From IMG/VR virus record IMGVR_UViG_3300042566_001780, positions 186,001-250,000 of that record: 64,000 bases of DNA. One strand, 5' to 3'. A program made the translations under genes and the position numbers. This document shows, piece after piece, positions 27,666-37,997 of this stretch. The notes beneath the pieces are model-generated. The model was not told where the DNA came from. It worked only from the letters and a program-made list of their open reading frames with translations, and did not search any database. How positions within the stretch are numbered: position 1 is the first letter of the stretch; each line of letters starts with the position of its first letter.

Positions 27666-28351
27666 ATGCCGTATCTTCCCTTAGTCGCTTCAAAGTTTTG
27701 GCGAATTTCTTGGGCAGAAAGCGCACGATTGTAAATTTGAGCTAAAGAAATTTTTCCCGAAAATGTACGATCAATAGCATTAGATCTATTGCCTAGCCGC
27801 AATTCATATAACGTCGTAATAGCACTTGGCAATCCAGTAGTCCCAGTGCTATTAACTACACCGTTTATGTAGATTATTGCACTGCCAGTACTAATAACCG
27901 ATACTGAAACATTAGTCCATTTTGTATATGGCACGGAATTAGCTGTTGAATTAACTGCTGCACCATTGTTTACAGTAATTGTCACATTTGGACTATTGGA
28001 GAAGTAAAAAGATATTCCACCCGCAGACCCAGTGTTATTATTAGTTTTATCAAAAATTCGACCATATCCACCCCCTCCAGCAGAAGCTGGATTAACCCAG
28101 GCAGATAACGTAAAACCATTTGACAAGTAAGAATTATCGGTAAATGTGTGGCAATAATCATCAACACCATCAAAAGTCAAACTACCTTTATTATCACTGC
28201 TATATCCAACACCATTCATTAATGTCCCATTATTTCCATTTCCACTCAAATCTGTCCATACTGTCCCAGATCCGGGGTATGACTTTACATTAGCTGCATC
28301 TAAATGCAGCACTAATCCATCTCTAACAATTGAAGGGTTATAAGCTATCAT
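27662..28351 (-). CDS. LamG/ConA-like lectin protein 1
   Basis: DGLVLHLDAANVKSYPGSG...IYNRALSAQEIRQNFEATKGRYGI. Confidence 0.85.
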   Translation of the reverse strand: MIAYNPSIVRDGLVLHLDAANVKSYPGSGTVWTDLSGNGNNGTLMNGVGYSSDNKGSLTFDGVDDYCHTFTDNSYLSNGFTLSAWVNPASAGGGGYGRIFDKTNNNTGSAGGISFYFSNSPNVTITVNNGAAVNSTANSVPYTKWTNVSVSVISTGSAIIYINGVVNSTGTTGLPSAITTLYELRLGNRSNAIDRTFSGKISLAQIYNRALSAQEIRQNFEATKGRYGI

Positions 28352-28524
28352 TTGATGTATTGCTTTACGTAACTTTCAGCGGCTTTTCCCATTACAAATT
28401 GGATGTAATCAGAATCAGTCTCAATTATTTCTGAATCAATTGGCAAATTTTCATTGTATGCTTGTCTAGCTAATGAAATTGCAGCCAATTGTTGCTCATC
28501 ATTTATCTCTATTGTGAAAATCAT
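28348..28524 (-). CDS. 58-aa hypothetical protein missed by the ORF track
   Basis: MIFTIEINDEQQLAAISLARQAYNEN...YVKQYIK; AGGA RBS; ATGA overlap with the next gene. Confidence 0.65.
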   Translation of the reverse strand: MIFTIEINDEQQLAAISLARQAYNENLPIDSEIIETDSDYIQFVMGKAAESYVKQYIK

Positions 28525-28532
28525 AATCTTCC

Positions 28533-30602
28533 TTAAGCTGAAATAAGAGTTTCAGAAACTTTATATTGTGTAGAATTTGCAGTAGCTCGAGTAGCTAATA
28601 GTCTAACATTGCCAGTATTAATATCGACATCAAATGTGGCTAGTGCAGAGGCACCAGTAAAAACAACGCCATATTCTGTTACAAATGCAGCAGTTCCATT
28701 ATGCGCCACTAACAATTCCGAAATTTGAACTTCACTTGTTACTGAATCAAATGCTTGTACTATTAATTTAGCAGATCTAAATGATGCTGCGGTGAATGAT
28801 GCTACTTGAGTTTGAGTAGTGGAAGCTACGGTAGTAGCTTCAATTGATAAAGTCAGCGCATTTGAAAGACGAACTGCACCGGTGTATGACACATTAAAAA
28901 CATTAGTCTCATCAGACTGACGACATTGGAAAATATTTGTTGCAGTGGCTGGGGCCAAAATATCAACAATGCTACCACTAGAGCCCGAAGAAGTGCCCCC
29001 ATTGGAATCGGTGCTAAATCTATGAATACCCTGCCCGCTAACCCCAACACCAGCATGAGCATATCCGAGTGCTTTATTTGCTGTATAAAATGCAGTTATT
29101 CGAGTATTATCTTGCTGATTACCTATAGCAAGTGCACCTAATAAAATACCACCAGTTCCTGCGCCAACATTTACTATTTTTAAAGCAGGAATATTGGTTC
29201 TAGAGGCTCCATCAATTGTCGTTGTGTAATTTAATCGGAGTTCTCTGCGTGTTCCTGTTCCTGCCGACTCAGTCCCCAATGTTAATGTATTTGCATTAGA
29301 AACCCAGTCAAAAATACCACGTTCATAATTAGACGCATCGGTATAGGTGTTATATACTCTCAGTGTCTGTGGATTTACGCCATTTCTTTGAGCAAGAATA
29401 TTAGCTGCATCACGGTACAGATATAAATCTGGGCTATATAAGCTAGCCCCAAAAGCCATGTTTTGTAAAAACGTAGCTCCTGCACCTGTTGATATGTTTA
29501 ATTTTTCTTGACCGGCAGTTGCAAATAGTAAGTTATTTCCGTTTCTATAAAATCCGCTGTATGATGTGCTTAATCCAACTGCTATTCTTCCAGATTCAGT
29601 GTTAATGCTTCCAGTTTTCGTGATTTGCACTTTACTAACGCCGCCAACTTGCAAATCCATCAATAATGAAGAGGCGCTACTTGCAGTATCCGTTACATTC
29701 AACTTTATTGCTGTTGGAATTCCAGTAGTGTTCCAGGTCTGTGCTAAGTTGATTAGTGATCCAGCTAATGACCCAGAACCCGCTAATGCTGTATCAAGAA
29801 TGTCTAGTTTAGCTATCGGCGATGCTACGTTTATTCCCAATGACCCAATTACTGTTAGGAAATTATTCGTCTTATCCCAAGTAAGATCAGAATCACCAGC
29901 AGTTACACCAGAGTCGTTAAAAAGCACCTGGGTGTTTGCCCCGCCTATCGGGCCAACTGATCCTGTATAGCCTATATCACCCTTAGATCCGGTGTAACCG
30001 GTGACACCCTGGATGCCTTGGGAGCCTGTATACCCAGTTAATCCGATATCTCCTTTAGATCCGGTAAAACCTGCTGTGCCTTGTGAGCCAGTATATCCAC
30101 GAGAACCGGTAAAACCTATTGCACCTTGAGATCCAGTAAAACCGATTTCTCCTTGGCTACCAGTGTATCCAGTTAATCCTTGAAAACCTTGGGATCCTTG
30201 ACTACCAGTGTATCCAATTACACCCTGCGATCCAGTAAAACCAATATCACCTTTTGACCCCGTGAATCCTTGACTACCCGTAAAGCCGGCGGCTCCAGCA
30301 ACACCTTGGCTACCAGTGTATCCAATAACACCTTGCACGCCTTGAACACCTTGGCTACCAGTAAATCCTGTAGCTCCACGTGATCCAGTGTATCCTGCCG
30401 ATCCAGTATACCCCTGTGAACCAGTGTATCCAAACTTACCAATTGTTGTGATCGACTCGGTTCCACCAGTGCTCGTTGTATCTTGCTTAATATACAATAC
30501 GCCGTCGTAGGTGTTTATTGCTAATTCGCCTAATACTAGATCACTTGTTAGTGGAATCTTTCCAGGTACAGCACTTCTTTTAATACGAATAGTATTAGCC
30601 AT
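28533..30602 (-). CDS. Collagen-like fibre protein with an Mtd-N-like N-terminus
   Basis: MANTIRIKRS...LGELAINTYDG.LY; about 165 aa of uninterrupted Gly-X-Y; C-domain paralogous to 37998..38915. Confidence 0.8.
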   Translation of the reverse strand: MANTIRIKRSAVPGKIPLTSDLVLGELAINTYDGVLYIKQDTTSTGGTESITTIGKFGYTGSQGYTGSAGYTGSRGATGFTGSQGVQGVQGVIGYTGSQGVAGAAGFTGSQGFTGSKGDIGFTGSQGVIGYTGSQGSQGFQGLTGYTGSQGEIGFTGSQGAIGFTGSRGYTGSQGTAGFTGSKGDIGLTGYTGSQGIQGVTGYTGSKGDIGYTGSVGPIGGANTQVLFNDSGVTAGDSDLTWDKTNNFLTVIGSLGINVASPIAKLDILDTALAGSGSLAGSLINLAQTWNTTGIPTAIKLNVTDTASSASSLLMDLQVGGVSKVQITKTGSINTESGRIAVGLSTSYSGFYRNGNNLLFATAGQEKLNISTGAGATFLQNMAFGASLYSPDLYLYRDAANILAQRNGVNPQTLRVYNTYTDASNYERGIFDWVSNANTLTLGTESAGTGTRRELRLNYTTTIDGASRTNIPALKIVNVGAGTGGILLGALAIGNQQDNTRITAFYTANKALGYAHAGVGVSGQGIHRFSTDSNGGTSSGSSGSIVDILAPATATNIFQCRQSDETNVFNVSYTGAVRLSNALTLSIEATTVASTTQTQVASFTAASFRSAKLIVQAFDSVTSEVQISELLVAHNGTAAFVTEYGVVFTGASALATFDVDINTGNVRLLATRATANSTQYKVSETLISA
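29941..30440 (-). repeat. Uninterrupted Gly-X-Y tract dominated by G(F/Y)TGS(Q/K/R)
   Basis: Read from the translation; boundaries approximate. Confidence 0.85.
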
Positions 30603-30664
30603 GTGGCTTTATTTCCTATGAAATTGTCTAATGTTAGACTAGGTCGCTAAAAAGCATCAATATC

Positions 30665-30672
30665 CTATTTAG
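30665..30672 (-). promoter_or_regulatory. Late-promoter-like box CTAAATAG
   Basis: In the 78-bp divergent spacer, pointing to the collagen gene. Confidence 0.6.
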
Positions 30673-30680
30673 AAAAACCA

Positions 30681-33600
30681 ATGAAACCAACTATAGCAAT
30701 TATTGACATTATTGGGTTAACATATGATGGAAATACTCTTAACTTGCGAGGATTAGGTGGATCAGAATCTGCGGTGATTCTGCTTTCAAAAGAGCTATCT
30801 TTATGCGGGTTTGATGTTACAGTGTTCAATAATTGCATTGATAAACATGCGAGTCCTGGTGTTTATGCCGGTGTCAAATATGTTGATATATCCAAAATAG
30901 ATTCTGTTGAGAAAAATTTTGATATTGTCATCTCTTCGAGGACAGTAATACCTTTTATTACAGAAGATTTGCATCCATATTTCTTCCAGTTCGACCCAGC
31001 GAGATTCAAGCAATTAGCGCAAACAGCCAAATTTAAAGCTGTTTGGATGCATGACACTTTTTGTAAAGGTGATGAATTTCTAGAAAGGCTTCTACTTAAC
31101 GGGTCAATTGACGAGATTTTTACTCTGTCCGATTTCCACACTACATATGTCAGTACCGCAGACCATGGGCATCGCAGAATGCCCGAGGTTCTCAAAAACA
31201 AAATATTTATGACTCGAAATGGAGCCGTAAACTATTTTCCAGAAGTCAACATTTCTAAAAAAGACAGAAACTTATTTGTCTACAATGCATCAGTAACAAA
31301 AGGTATGCTGCCATTGGTCAAAAACATTTGGCCCCTCTTCAAATCGTTAAGACCAAATGCTCGATTAAAAGTGATCGGTGGATATTACCGATTTAGAGAA
31401 AACGCTGCACCTGATGAACAAGAAAAAACCTGGCGAGAACTTGTCAATGATCCGATCTACAAAACTTTGGATGTAGAGTTCACCGGAATTTTGAGGCAAC
31501 AAGAAATAGCAGAAATATTATCATCTGCTTCATTTATGGTTTATCCTGGCGCATTCCCAGAAACCTTTGGTATTTCTACTCTTGAATCTTTACTATACAA
31601 TACTCCACTGATTACGACCCGATTTGGTGCATTAGAAGAAACTGCAATTGATTCTGCATGCTATAAGATTGATTATTGTATTGAGCCTAATGGTTTATTT
31701 CCAAATATTTCTTTAGATGACCAATCTAAGAAGTTTGTTCAATTAATGTTGTCTGCGTATGATAATACATATTTGCACCAACAAAAAATGTATGCTTGCA
31801 ATGCAGTCAAAACTATAGCAGGCTGGGATAGTGTGGCATTGCAATGGAAGCAACATCTTTTTAAGAAGCTTGGTCTGTATTTGCCAGCATCAGATTACCA
31901 AAAAATAACTTCTATTAATGCTGAAGTTAAAGAAGTTTTTGGCAGAAGATTTAGCAATCCAGAAGAAAATTATCTTCCGCGAAATACCCAGCAGCATATA
32001 ACAGTCATTACCCCAGTATTCAACGCCGAGAAATACATAGAGCAATGTGTCCAATCTGTTATTACACAAGATTATGATAATTGGGACATGTACATTATTG
32101 ATGATTGCTCTACTGATTGTACTTCTAAAATTCTAGATGAATTGTCGGAATTAGATTCTCGCATCCATATCATTCATCAAACCTATAATGCCGGTGCGGT
32201 CAAAAATCAGGTAGTTACTATTAAAAAGATATGTTCGCCAGATGACATTATTCTGTTGTTAGATGGCGATGATGCACTTGTGAATGACAATCAAATTTTC
32301 CATTTTTACAACAATCTTTATACTAATGACCAAACTGAATTTACATATGGTTCGTGCTTCTCATTAGTTGATAAAATTCCATTAGTTGCTCAGCCATATC
32401 CAGAAGAAATTAAGAAATCTAAAAGATATCGAGATCATAAGTTCAACTGGAATATGCCATATACACATCTGAGAACCTTTAGAGCAAGATTAATGCTGAA
32501 TATCCCAGATGATAAATTTAAAGATGCGAATGGAAATTGGTATAAAGCTGGTGGTGACAATGCTACTTTTTATGAAGTAATTGAGCGCGCTGATCCAAAT
32601 AAAGTAAAAGCTATTTCTAGGATTAACTATCTCTACAATGACCTAAATCCAATCAATGATTGGAAAGTTAATGGACACGAACAAACAGCTAATGCAAAGT
32701 TTATCGGTAAATCAAATCTCAAATCTATGAAAACTATCTTAATCGCTATCCCAACTGCCAAGTACATTGAACCAGAAACCTTTAAGTCAATTTATGACTT
32801 AGAAGTTCCTGAAGGTTATAGGACTGAGTTTCAGTATTTTTTTGGGTACGCCCTGGAACAGGTACGCAATTTAATATCTGATTGGGCTCAGCGTTACGAT
32901 TATCTTTTTGCTGTAGACTCTGATATGAGCTTCAAACCGGATACATTGAAGCGATTATTGTCTCATGACAAAGATGTTGTCAGTGGGCTATACATCCAGC
33001 GGAAACCAGGTGAGCATATCTTGGAACTTTACCGCAATGGGCATAATATTCCATATGGTGATATTAAAAATCTGGGTCTAGTTGAAATTGATGCATGTGG
33101 ATTTGGTTGTGTATTAGTCAAGTCTAAAGTATTTTCTACCATTGGATATCCACAATTTGTATACAAATCAGCTTTAGATCATAAAGATACCGTATCAGAA
33201 GATGTGTACTTCTGCATGAAAGCAAAGCAATTTGGTTTCTCAATTTATGCAGATACGAATGTCATTTGCGATCATATTGGATCAACGAAATTTGTTGTAG
33301 ATCAAACTATTACTAAAAAGCAATCTGCATTTGATAGGCTTCTTGAATTGAGCAATACACGTTTGCTTCCAAGCAAACATGTTGAATATCTCTATGATAT
33401 GTCAAAGTCCCAGAATATCAAACCAAAAGTCATTTTTGATATAGGAGCATGTGTCCTGCACTGGACTCGAGAAGCGGTGAATGTTTGGCCGGATGCTAAG
33501 TTTTTTGCTTTTGAAGCTATGCAAGAATCAGAGCTTATTTTCAAACATTTTGGTGTCCCGCACTTTATTGGTGTATTAAGCGATCAAGACAATAAGGAAG

Positions 33601-33998
33601 TGAGCTTCTACAAAAATGTCACACACCCAGGCGGAAATTCATATTACCGAGAGAATGACGAGATAGTAAAAAATGCGTCCGCTTATTTCAATGAAGGAAA
33701 CAAAGAAATTCGCAAAACAGTCACTCTTGATACGCTAATGAAATCTGCTAATTTGCCACAACCAGATTTAATCAAGATGGATGTTCAAGGTGCAGAGCTA
33801 GATATTTTGAAAGGCGGTTTGTCTACTTTAACTAAATGTCAAGATGTTATTCTTGAATTGCAAAAAATTGAGTATAACAAAGGAGCTCCATTGAAAGACG
33901 AAGTCATCCAATTTATGCTTGAGCGGGGATTTAAATTAATATCTGGTCCATTCTGTGATAACGGACCAGACGGTGATTATCATTTTTCTAGAATTTAG
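30681..33998 (+). CDS. Four-domain enzyme: GT4 (GT-B) + GT2 + GT2-like + FkbM methyltransferase
   Basis: GLGGSESA and YPGAFPETFGISTLES (GT4); VITPVFNAEKYIEQC and LLDGDD (GT2); YLFAVDSD, GFGCVLVK, SEDVYFC (GT-A); IFDIGA and IKMDVQGAELDILKG (FkbM). Confidence 0.9.
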   Translation: MKPTIAIIDIIGLTYDGNTLNLRGLGGSESAVILLSKELSLCGFDVTVFNNCIDKHASPGVYAGVKYVDISKIDSVEKNFDIVISSRTVIPFITEDLHPYFFQFDPARFKQLAQTAKFKAVWMHDTFCKGDEFLERLLLNGSIDEIFTLSDFHTTYVSTADHGHRRMPEVLKNKIFMTRNGAVNYFPEVNISKKDRNLFVYNASVTKGMLPLVKNIWPLFKSLRPNARLKVIGGYYRFRENAAPDEQEKTWRELVNDPIYKTLDVEFTGILRQQEIAEILSSASFMVYPGAFPETFGISTLESLLYNTPLITTRFGALEETAIDSACYKIDYCIEPNGLFPNISLDDQSKKFVQLMLSAYDNTYLHQQKMYACNAVKTIAGWDSVALQWKQHLFKKLGLYLPASDYQKITSINAEVKEVFGRRFSNPEENYLPRNTQQHITVITPVFNAEKYIEQCVQSVITQDYDNWDMYIIDDCSTDCTSKILDELSELDSRIHIIHQTYNAGAVKNQVVTIKKICSPDDIILLLDGDDALVNDNQIFHFYNNLYTNDQTEFTYGSCFSLVDKIPLVAQPYPEEIKKSKRYRDHKFNWNMPYTHLRTFRARLMLNIPDDKFKDANGNWYKAGGDNATFYEVIERADPNKVKAISRINYLYNDLNPINDWKVNGHEQTANAKFIGKSNLKSMKTILIAIPTAKYIEPETFKSIYDLEVPEGYRTEFQYFFGYALEQVRNLISDWAQRYDYLFAVDSDMSFKPDTLKRLLSHDKDVVSGLYIQRKPGEHILELYRNGHNIPYGDIKNLGLVEIDACGFGCVLVKSKVFSTIGYPQFVYKSALDHKDTVSEDVYFCMKAKQFGFSIYADTNVICDHIGSTKFVVDQTITKKQSAFDRLLELSNTRLLPSKHVEYLYDMSKSQNIKPKVIFDIGACVLHWTREAVNVWPDAKFFAFEAMQESELIFKHFGVPHFIGVLSDQDNKEVSFYKNVTHPGGNSYYRENDEIVKNASAYFNEGNKEIRKTVTLDTLMKSANLPQPDLIKMDVQGAELDILKGGLSTLTKCQDVILELQKIEYNKGAPLKDEVIQFMLERGFKLISGPFCDNGPDGDYHFSRI

Positions 33999-36900
33999 AA
34001 AGTGCCGCCATCAATTTCGCCCCAAACCGGAAGACCTTGATCATTTGCTTGCAGAATTTGCCCATTCGTTCCAATTGGCAATTTTGCAACTGTATTGGTG
34101 GCGCTAGCATACAACATATCCCCTTTAGTATATGAAGATACGCCAGTGCCACCATGATCAAATGAAAGTATTCCAGTTATATTGGCATGACCAACGTCAA
34201 CTGCAGTTACTGGGATAGTAATATTTGCAGATCCATTAAAGCTCGTAGCAGTGCCTGTCACTGGCCCGCTAATAGCAATAGTTCTGGAAGTCTGCAGGGT
34301 GCTAGCAGTTGTTGCATTTCCGGAGAATGATGTAGCAGTTATTGTGCCAGGTACAGTCAGATTTGCTACACCCTGGGAAATAACATCTAATTCCATTGCG
34401 CTGAATACTGTACCACCGGATGGCGTAAATCTCCATCTCCAAGTATCAGTCTGCGATGAATCGTCTGCTAAATTGAAGTCAAAAAATGTATTAGATCCAG
34501 AAACTGAAGTAGAGATAGATGCATTATCTGTTGCCTCTGCAGCAAATGCAATTGACGTTACTCCAGTCAACGTTGTATGATTGTGACTATTGTCGACGAC
34601 TTGCGCAGTTAATGTGCCTGACGTCAATCCGGTTAAGGTAACAGAACCAGTCAAATCTCCAGCTAGTGTAATAACTGGGCTAGGCTTATTTTGTATTTCA
34701 GACCAGTCTATACTAGTGTCATTTGCGCTAATAGTGATTGTAGCAGAATCATTCCTGGTAATAGATACGTTTGTACCTGCAACCAGTGTAACTGTATCAG
34801 ATAGCGCATTTGACCCTGTCAGTTTTATACCTGCACCAGAAGCCGATGTTTCAGCAGATAACACATATGTCGTATTGGTATCAACAACAGTTTCAGTTGC
34901 AGTAGAAACTGCAGTGACGTGTCCGAATGTGTCAAATGTTAATCCAGTGACGTAGGTTCTGGCAGTTGCTGATAGATTTGCTACGCTTGATGTATCGGCA
35001 TGGCTAAACTGCGTGCCTACTAAAGTTAATCCAGAACCAGCAGTATAGGTGGTATTGACTGAACTAATGCTAATAGTATTAGCGTCAACATAAGCTACTG
35101 TTACGTTACTGCCTGATGAGAGCTTAATTGTGTCAGTACCTGATCCAGATCCACCGGCATTTAGGTTAAAGTTTGCTCCGCCTGTAGTTGCCTCTGCACT
35201 AATATTGTAGGTTGTATTTGTGTCTACAATATTGACAGTTGGCAATGTTAAAGTAACTGAACCTTTTGCCGTGACGTGGCCCTGAGCATCATATGTGACA
35301 CTCGGCACTGAGAATGAATCACCAAAAGCAAGATTTCTAGTAACTCCGCCTTCTGAAGCAGTTCCAGCAACCACCACATTTGAGTGATTAAATGTAGTCC
35401 CAGAAAGCGATAATCCAGTACCTGCAGAGTATGTAGTATTAGTGTCAACTACAGTTTCGGTGCCTGTTGAATATCCAGTCACATGGCCAAAAGTGTCAAA
35501 GGTTAATCCTGTGACATAGGTTCTACCATTAGCAGCCAAATTACTTACACTTGATGTATCAGTATGACTAAATTGAGTGCCAGTTAAGGTTAATCCACCT
35601 CCCGCTGTATATGTGCCAACACCTGAAAATTGTGTCCAATTTATAGCGGTAGTGCCTACAGTCATTGGTAATGTTGGAACTACTGCTACCCATCCTGTAT
35701 TTGCCTGTGTTGTCCCTTCCTGCACAAACACATAACCAGAAGGTATTTCAGATGCTTCATCGCAATACCCACAACGGGTTAATACCCATGGCGTAGAAGC
35801 AGAGCCTAAGTCTGATATGTAATAACGACCGTTATGCGCAGCATTTGTTTGGTTCTTAACTAAAATACCAGTTAATGTAGTTGTAAAAGTAACACCATCA
35901 ATATCTGGAATAACACCATTTACTGTAGCTGTAAGGGTTGCACCTACTCCTAAAGTCCCATTATTGTATGTTGCTGATAAGTTTCCTGTGGTAGCAGCTT
36001 TTACTGCAGGCTTTGCAGCAATGCCTTGAGCTACCTCGTCGACATACTGCTTAGTGGCAGCATGCAGAGCTTGAGATGGGCCACTGTGTAATGTTAAGAA
36101 ACCTGTTAACGTATCACCGCTAACATTAACAAATAAATTATCGACTTCTGATTTCTGATAATAGCGTGTGTCCAGATCTATTGAGCCTGTAGTAATAGCA
36201 GTGACGTGCCCAAAAGTATCAAATGTAACTGAGATGTCCTGGAGCACATTAGCGCCAGAATTATCTATTGCCAGATTAGTGACAGATGAAGTATCTGTGT
36301 GGGAAATAGTTGGGGTCCAACCTTCACCAGCAGTTCCTGTAATTGTTATTCCTGATCCAGCTGTGATACCTGCTACGTAATTTCCAGTAGTGTCAGTTCC
36401 AAGTGCAACAGAATTTGCAGCAATAGTCGTGGTAATAGACACATTACCTAAGTTAGTCATTGTAGCAGAACCGGTGACATCACCAGTCAAGGTAATAGTT
36501 GGATCAGCTACATCAAAATTAAGTTTACCGGTTGCATCATCATACGTGACTGAAATTCCAGATTCAGTATTTGAAGATACCATATTTCCGACAGTATCCT
36601 GAATTGATTCCACATTTATAGAAACTGCTCCAGCCGTTACTGTAAAATCTGTTGCACTAAATGAAGCAATACCTTTTGTAGAAGCGGATGCATCTGCAAT
36701 AGAAATTGATACGGTATTGTTAGTGATTGCTGTATTGACAGGGTCGGTACCAACAAATGAAAGGGTATCAGTTAGTAATGATACGCTATCTGTACCTGAA
36801 TCTCCAGAAATGTTCAGGGAAGATGATACAGGTGAATTTTGCCATCTTGAGTTTGCAGCACTCCAAGATAATACCTGGCCGTCTGTTACCCCATTTATTC

Positions 36901-37930
36901 TAACATCATGAAGATCATATAGATGATACCCGAAGTCAGGTCTAACAAGCAAAATACCGTTTTGCGCAGAAGGCGATGTAGATTGGCGTAGAACCGCAGC
37001 TACTACTATTTTTGGATTGGGTGATGTAGGCTCAACTGAAGTAAAACCACCAGGAACAGTGGGATTTAGATAGAGTATCGTACCAGCCGGATAATCATAT
37101 AAAAGCAGATCCCGAACTTTACCTAATGTTGTTACATATCCCCATTCATTATTCAGAATGTTTTGGGTGGCAATACCTATAACCCAACGTGGTTGGAATC
37201 CAATGGCAGTAACATCAGCTTTCGTGAATAATGCTTGGTCACCTTGCGCACCAGCAAACATCACTACTTCACCGTTTAGAATGTCACCAACTGCTCTTCC
37301 ATAAAAATGCTGTTCTTGAAAAATTTGACCGGTGACCCCATTCATTAATGAAAAGTCGTAGGTCTTATCGGTTTCATTCCATTTAAGAACATCTAGCGGA
37401 GTATATCCAACTTCATTGGTTGTTATTCTTAACCCGGATACAGATACTAAATTATTACTATCTCGTACTGGTACAGTTGACGGCGCATTTGAAGTAGATG
37501 ATTGATAACCGTCAAGTAAATCTGCATTGAGGTTAGTGACAACGGTGGCAGATGCTACTTGAAGTGGTGCAGTGCCTACAGGAATAGTTGATTTAAGTAC
37601 TGTTGCACTCAAACTTCCGCTGATTTGCAATTTGTCAACACCGTTGTCTATACTCGTGCCAATAAGCACGTTACCAAACAACTCGGCTAACTGGATTTTA
37701 CCAGTATCATAAATCTCTATGCTTGGGACACCAGAAATGTCATTGACGGCAAAAATGAGGCCAGTTAGACTATCAGTGATTGAAAATAATTGACCACTAT
37801 TTCCTGTGACAGAAAGCGTATCAGAATCGAGCATACTAATTTGAATAGTATGCGTAGTCGAATCAGAAACAAAACTAATATTCTGTGTTTCTAATCCATT
37901 TTCAACTACAAATCTTTTGTTATTTGCCAT
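33995..37930 (-). CDS. Large modular fibre protein
   Basis: Thr/Ser/Gly-rich; repeated HTDTSSV...FDTFGHVT modules; N-domain shared with 21364..23544. Confidence 0.8.
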   Translation of the reverse strand: MANNKRFVVENGLETQNISFVSDSTTHTIQISMLDSDTLSVTGNSGQLFSITDSLTGLIFAVNDISGVPSIEIYDTGKIQLAELFGNVLIGTSIDNGVDKLQISGSLSATVLKSTIPVGTAPLQVASATVVTNLNADLLDGYQSSTSNAPSTVPVRDSNNLVSVSGLRITTNEVGYTPLDVLKWNETDKTYDFSLMNGVTGQIFQEQHFYGRAVGDILNGEVVMFAGAQGDQALFTKADVTAIGFQPRWVIGIATQNILNNEWGYVTTLGKVRDLLLYDYPAGTILYLNPTVPGGFTSVEPTSPNPKIVVAAVLRQSTSPSAQNGILLVRPDFGYHLYDLHDVRINGVTDGQVLSWSAANSRWQNSPVSSSLNISGDSGTDSVSLLTDTLSFVGTDPVNTAITNNTVSISIADASASTKGIASFSATDFTVTAGAVSINVESIQDTVGNMVSSNTESGISVTYDDATGKLNFDVADPTITLTGDVTGSATMTNLGNVSITTTIAANSVALGTDTTGNYVAGITAGSGITITGTAGEGWTPTISHTDTSSVTNLAIDNSGANVLQDISVTFDTFGHVTAITTGSIDLDTRYYQKSEVDNLFVNVSGDTLTGFLTLHSGPSQALHAATKQYVDEVAQGIAAKPAVKAATTGNLSATYNNGTLGVGATLTATVNGVIPDIDGVTFTTTLTGILVKNQTNAAHNGRYYISDLGSASTPWVLTRCGYCDEASEIPSGYVFVQEGTTQANTGWVAVVPTLPMTVGTTAINWTQFSGVGTYTAGGGLTLTGTQFSHTDTSSVSNLAANGRTYVTGLTFDTFGHVTGYSTGTETVVDTNTTYSAGTGLSLSGTTFNHSNVVVAGTASEGGVTRNLAFGDSFSVPSVTYDAQGHVTAKGSVTLTLPTVNIVDTNTTYNISAEATTGGANFNLNAGGSGSGTDTIKLSSGSNVTVAYVDANTISISSVNTTYTAGSGLTLVGTQFSHADTSSVANLSATARTYVTGLTFDTFGHVTAVSTATETVVDTNTTYVLSAETSASGAGIKLTGSNALSDTVTLVAGTNVSITRNDSATITISANDTSIDWSEIQNKPSPVITLAGDLTGSVTLTGLTSGTLTAQVVDNSHNHTTLTGVTSIAFAAEATDNASISTSVSGSNTFFDFNLADDSSQTDTWRWRFTPSGGTVFSAMELDVISQGVANLTVPGTITATSFSGNATTASTLQTSRTIAISGPVTGTATSFNGSANITIPVTAVDVGHANITGILSFDHGGTGVSSYTKGDMLYASATNTVAKLPIGTNGQILQANDQGLPVWGEIDGGTF

Positions 37931-37956
37931 AATTCAGGTTCCATCGCACGTATAAC

Positions 37957-37964
37957 CTATTTAT
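37957..37964 (-). promoter_or_regulatory. Late-promoter-like box ATAAATAG
   Basis: About 27 bp upstream of 37930. Confidence 0.6.
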
Positions 37965-37997
37965 GGACGATGTCTAGAACGGAGAATAATTGCCAAA

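Noticed and set aside
23841-28351. Diversity-generating retroelement acting on the LamG or fibre tips
   Set aside because: No reverse transcriptase and no near-identical template/variable repeat pair differing at adenines. The similarity is at protein level only.
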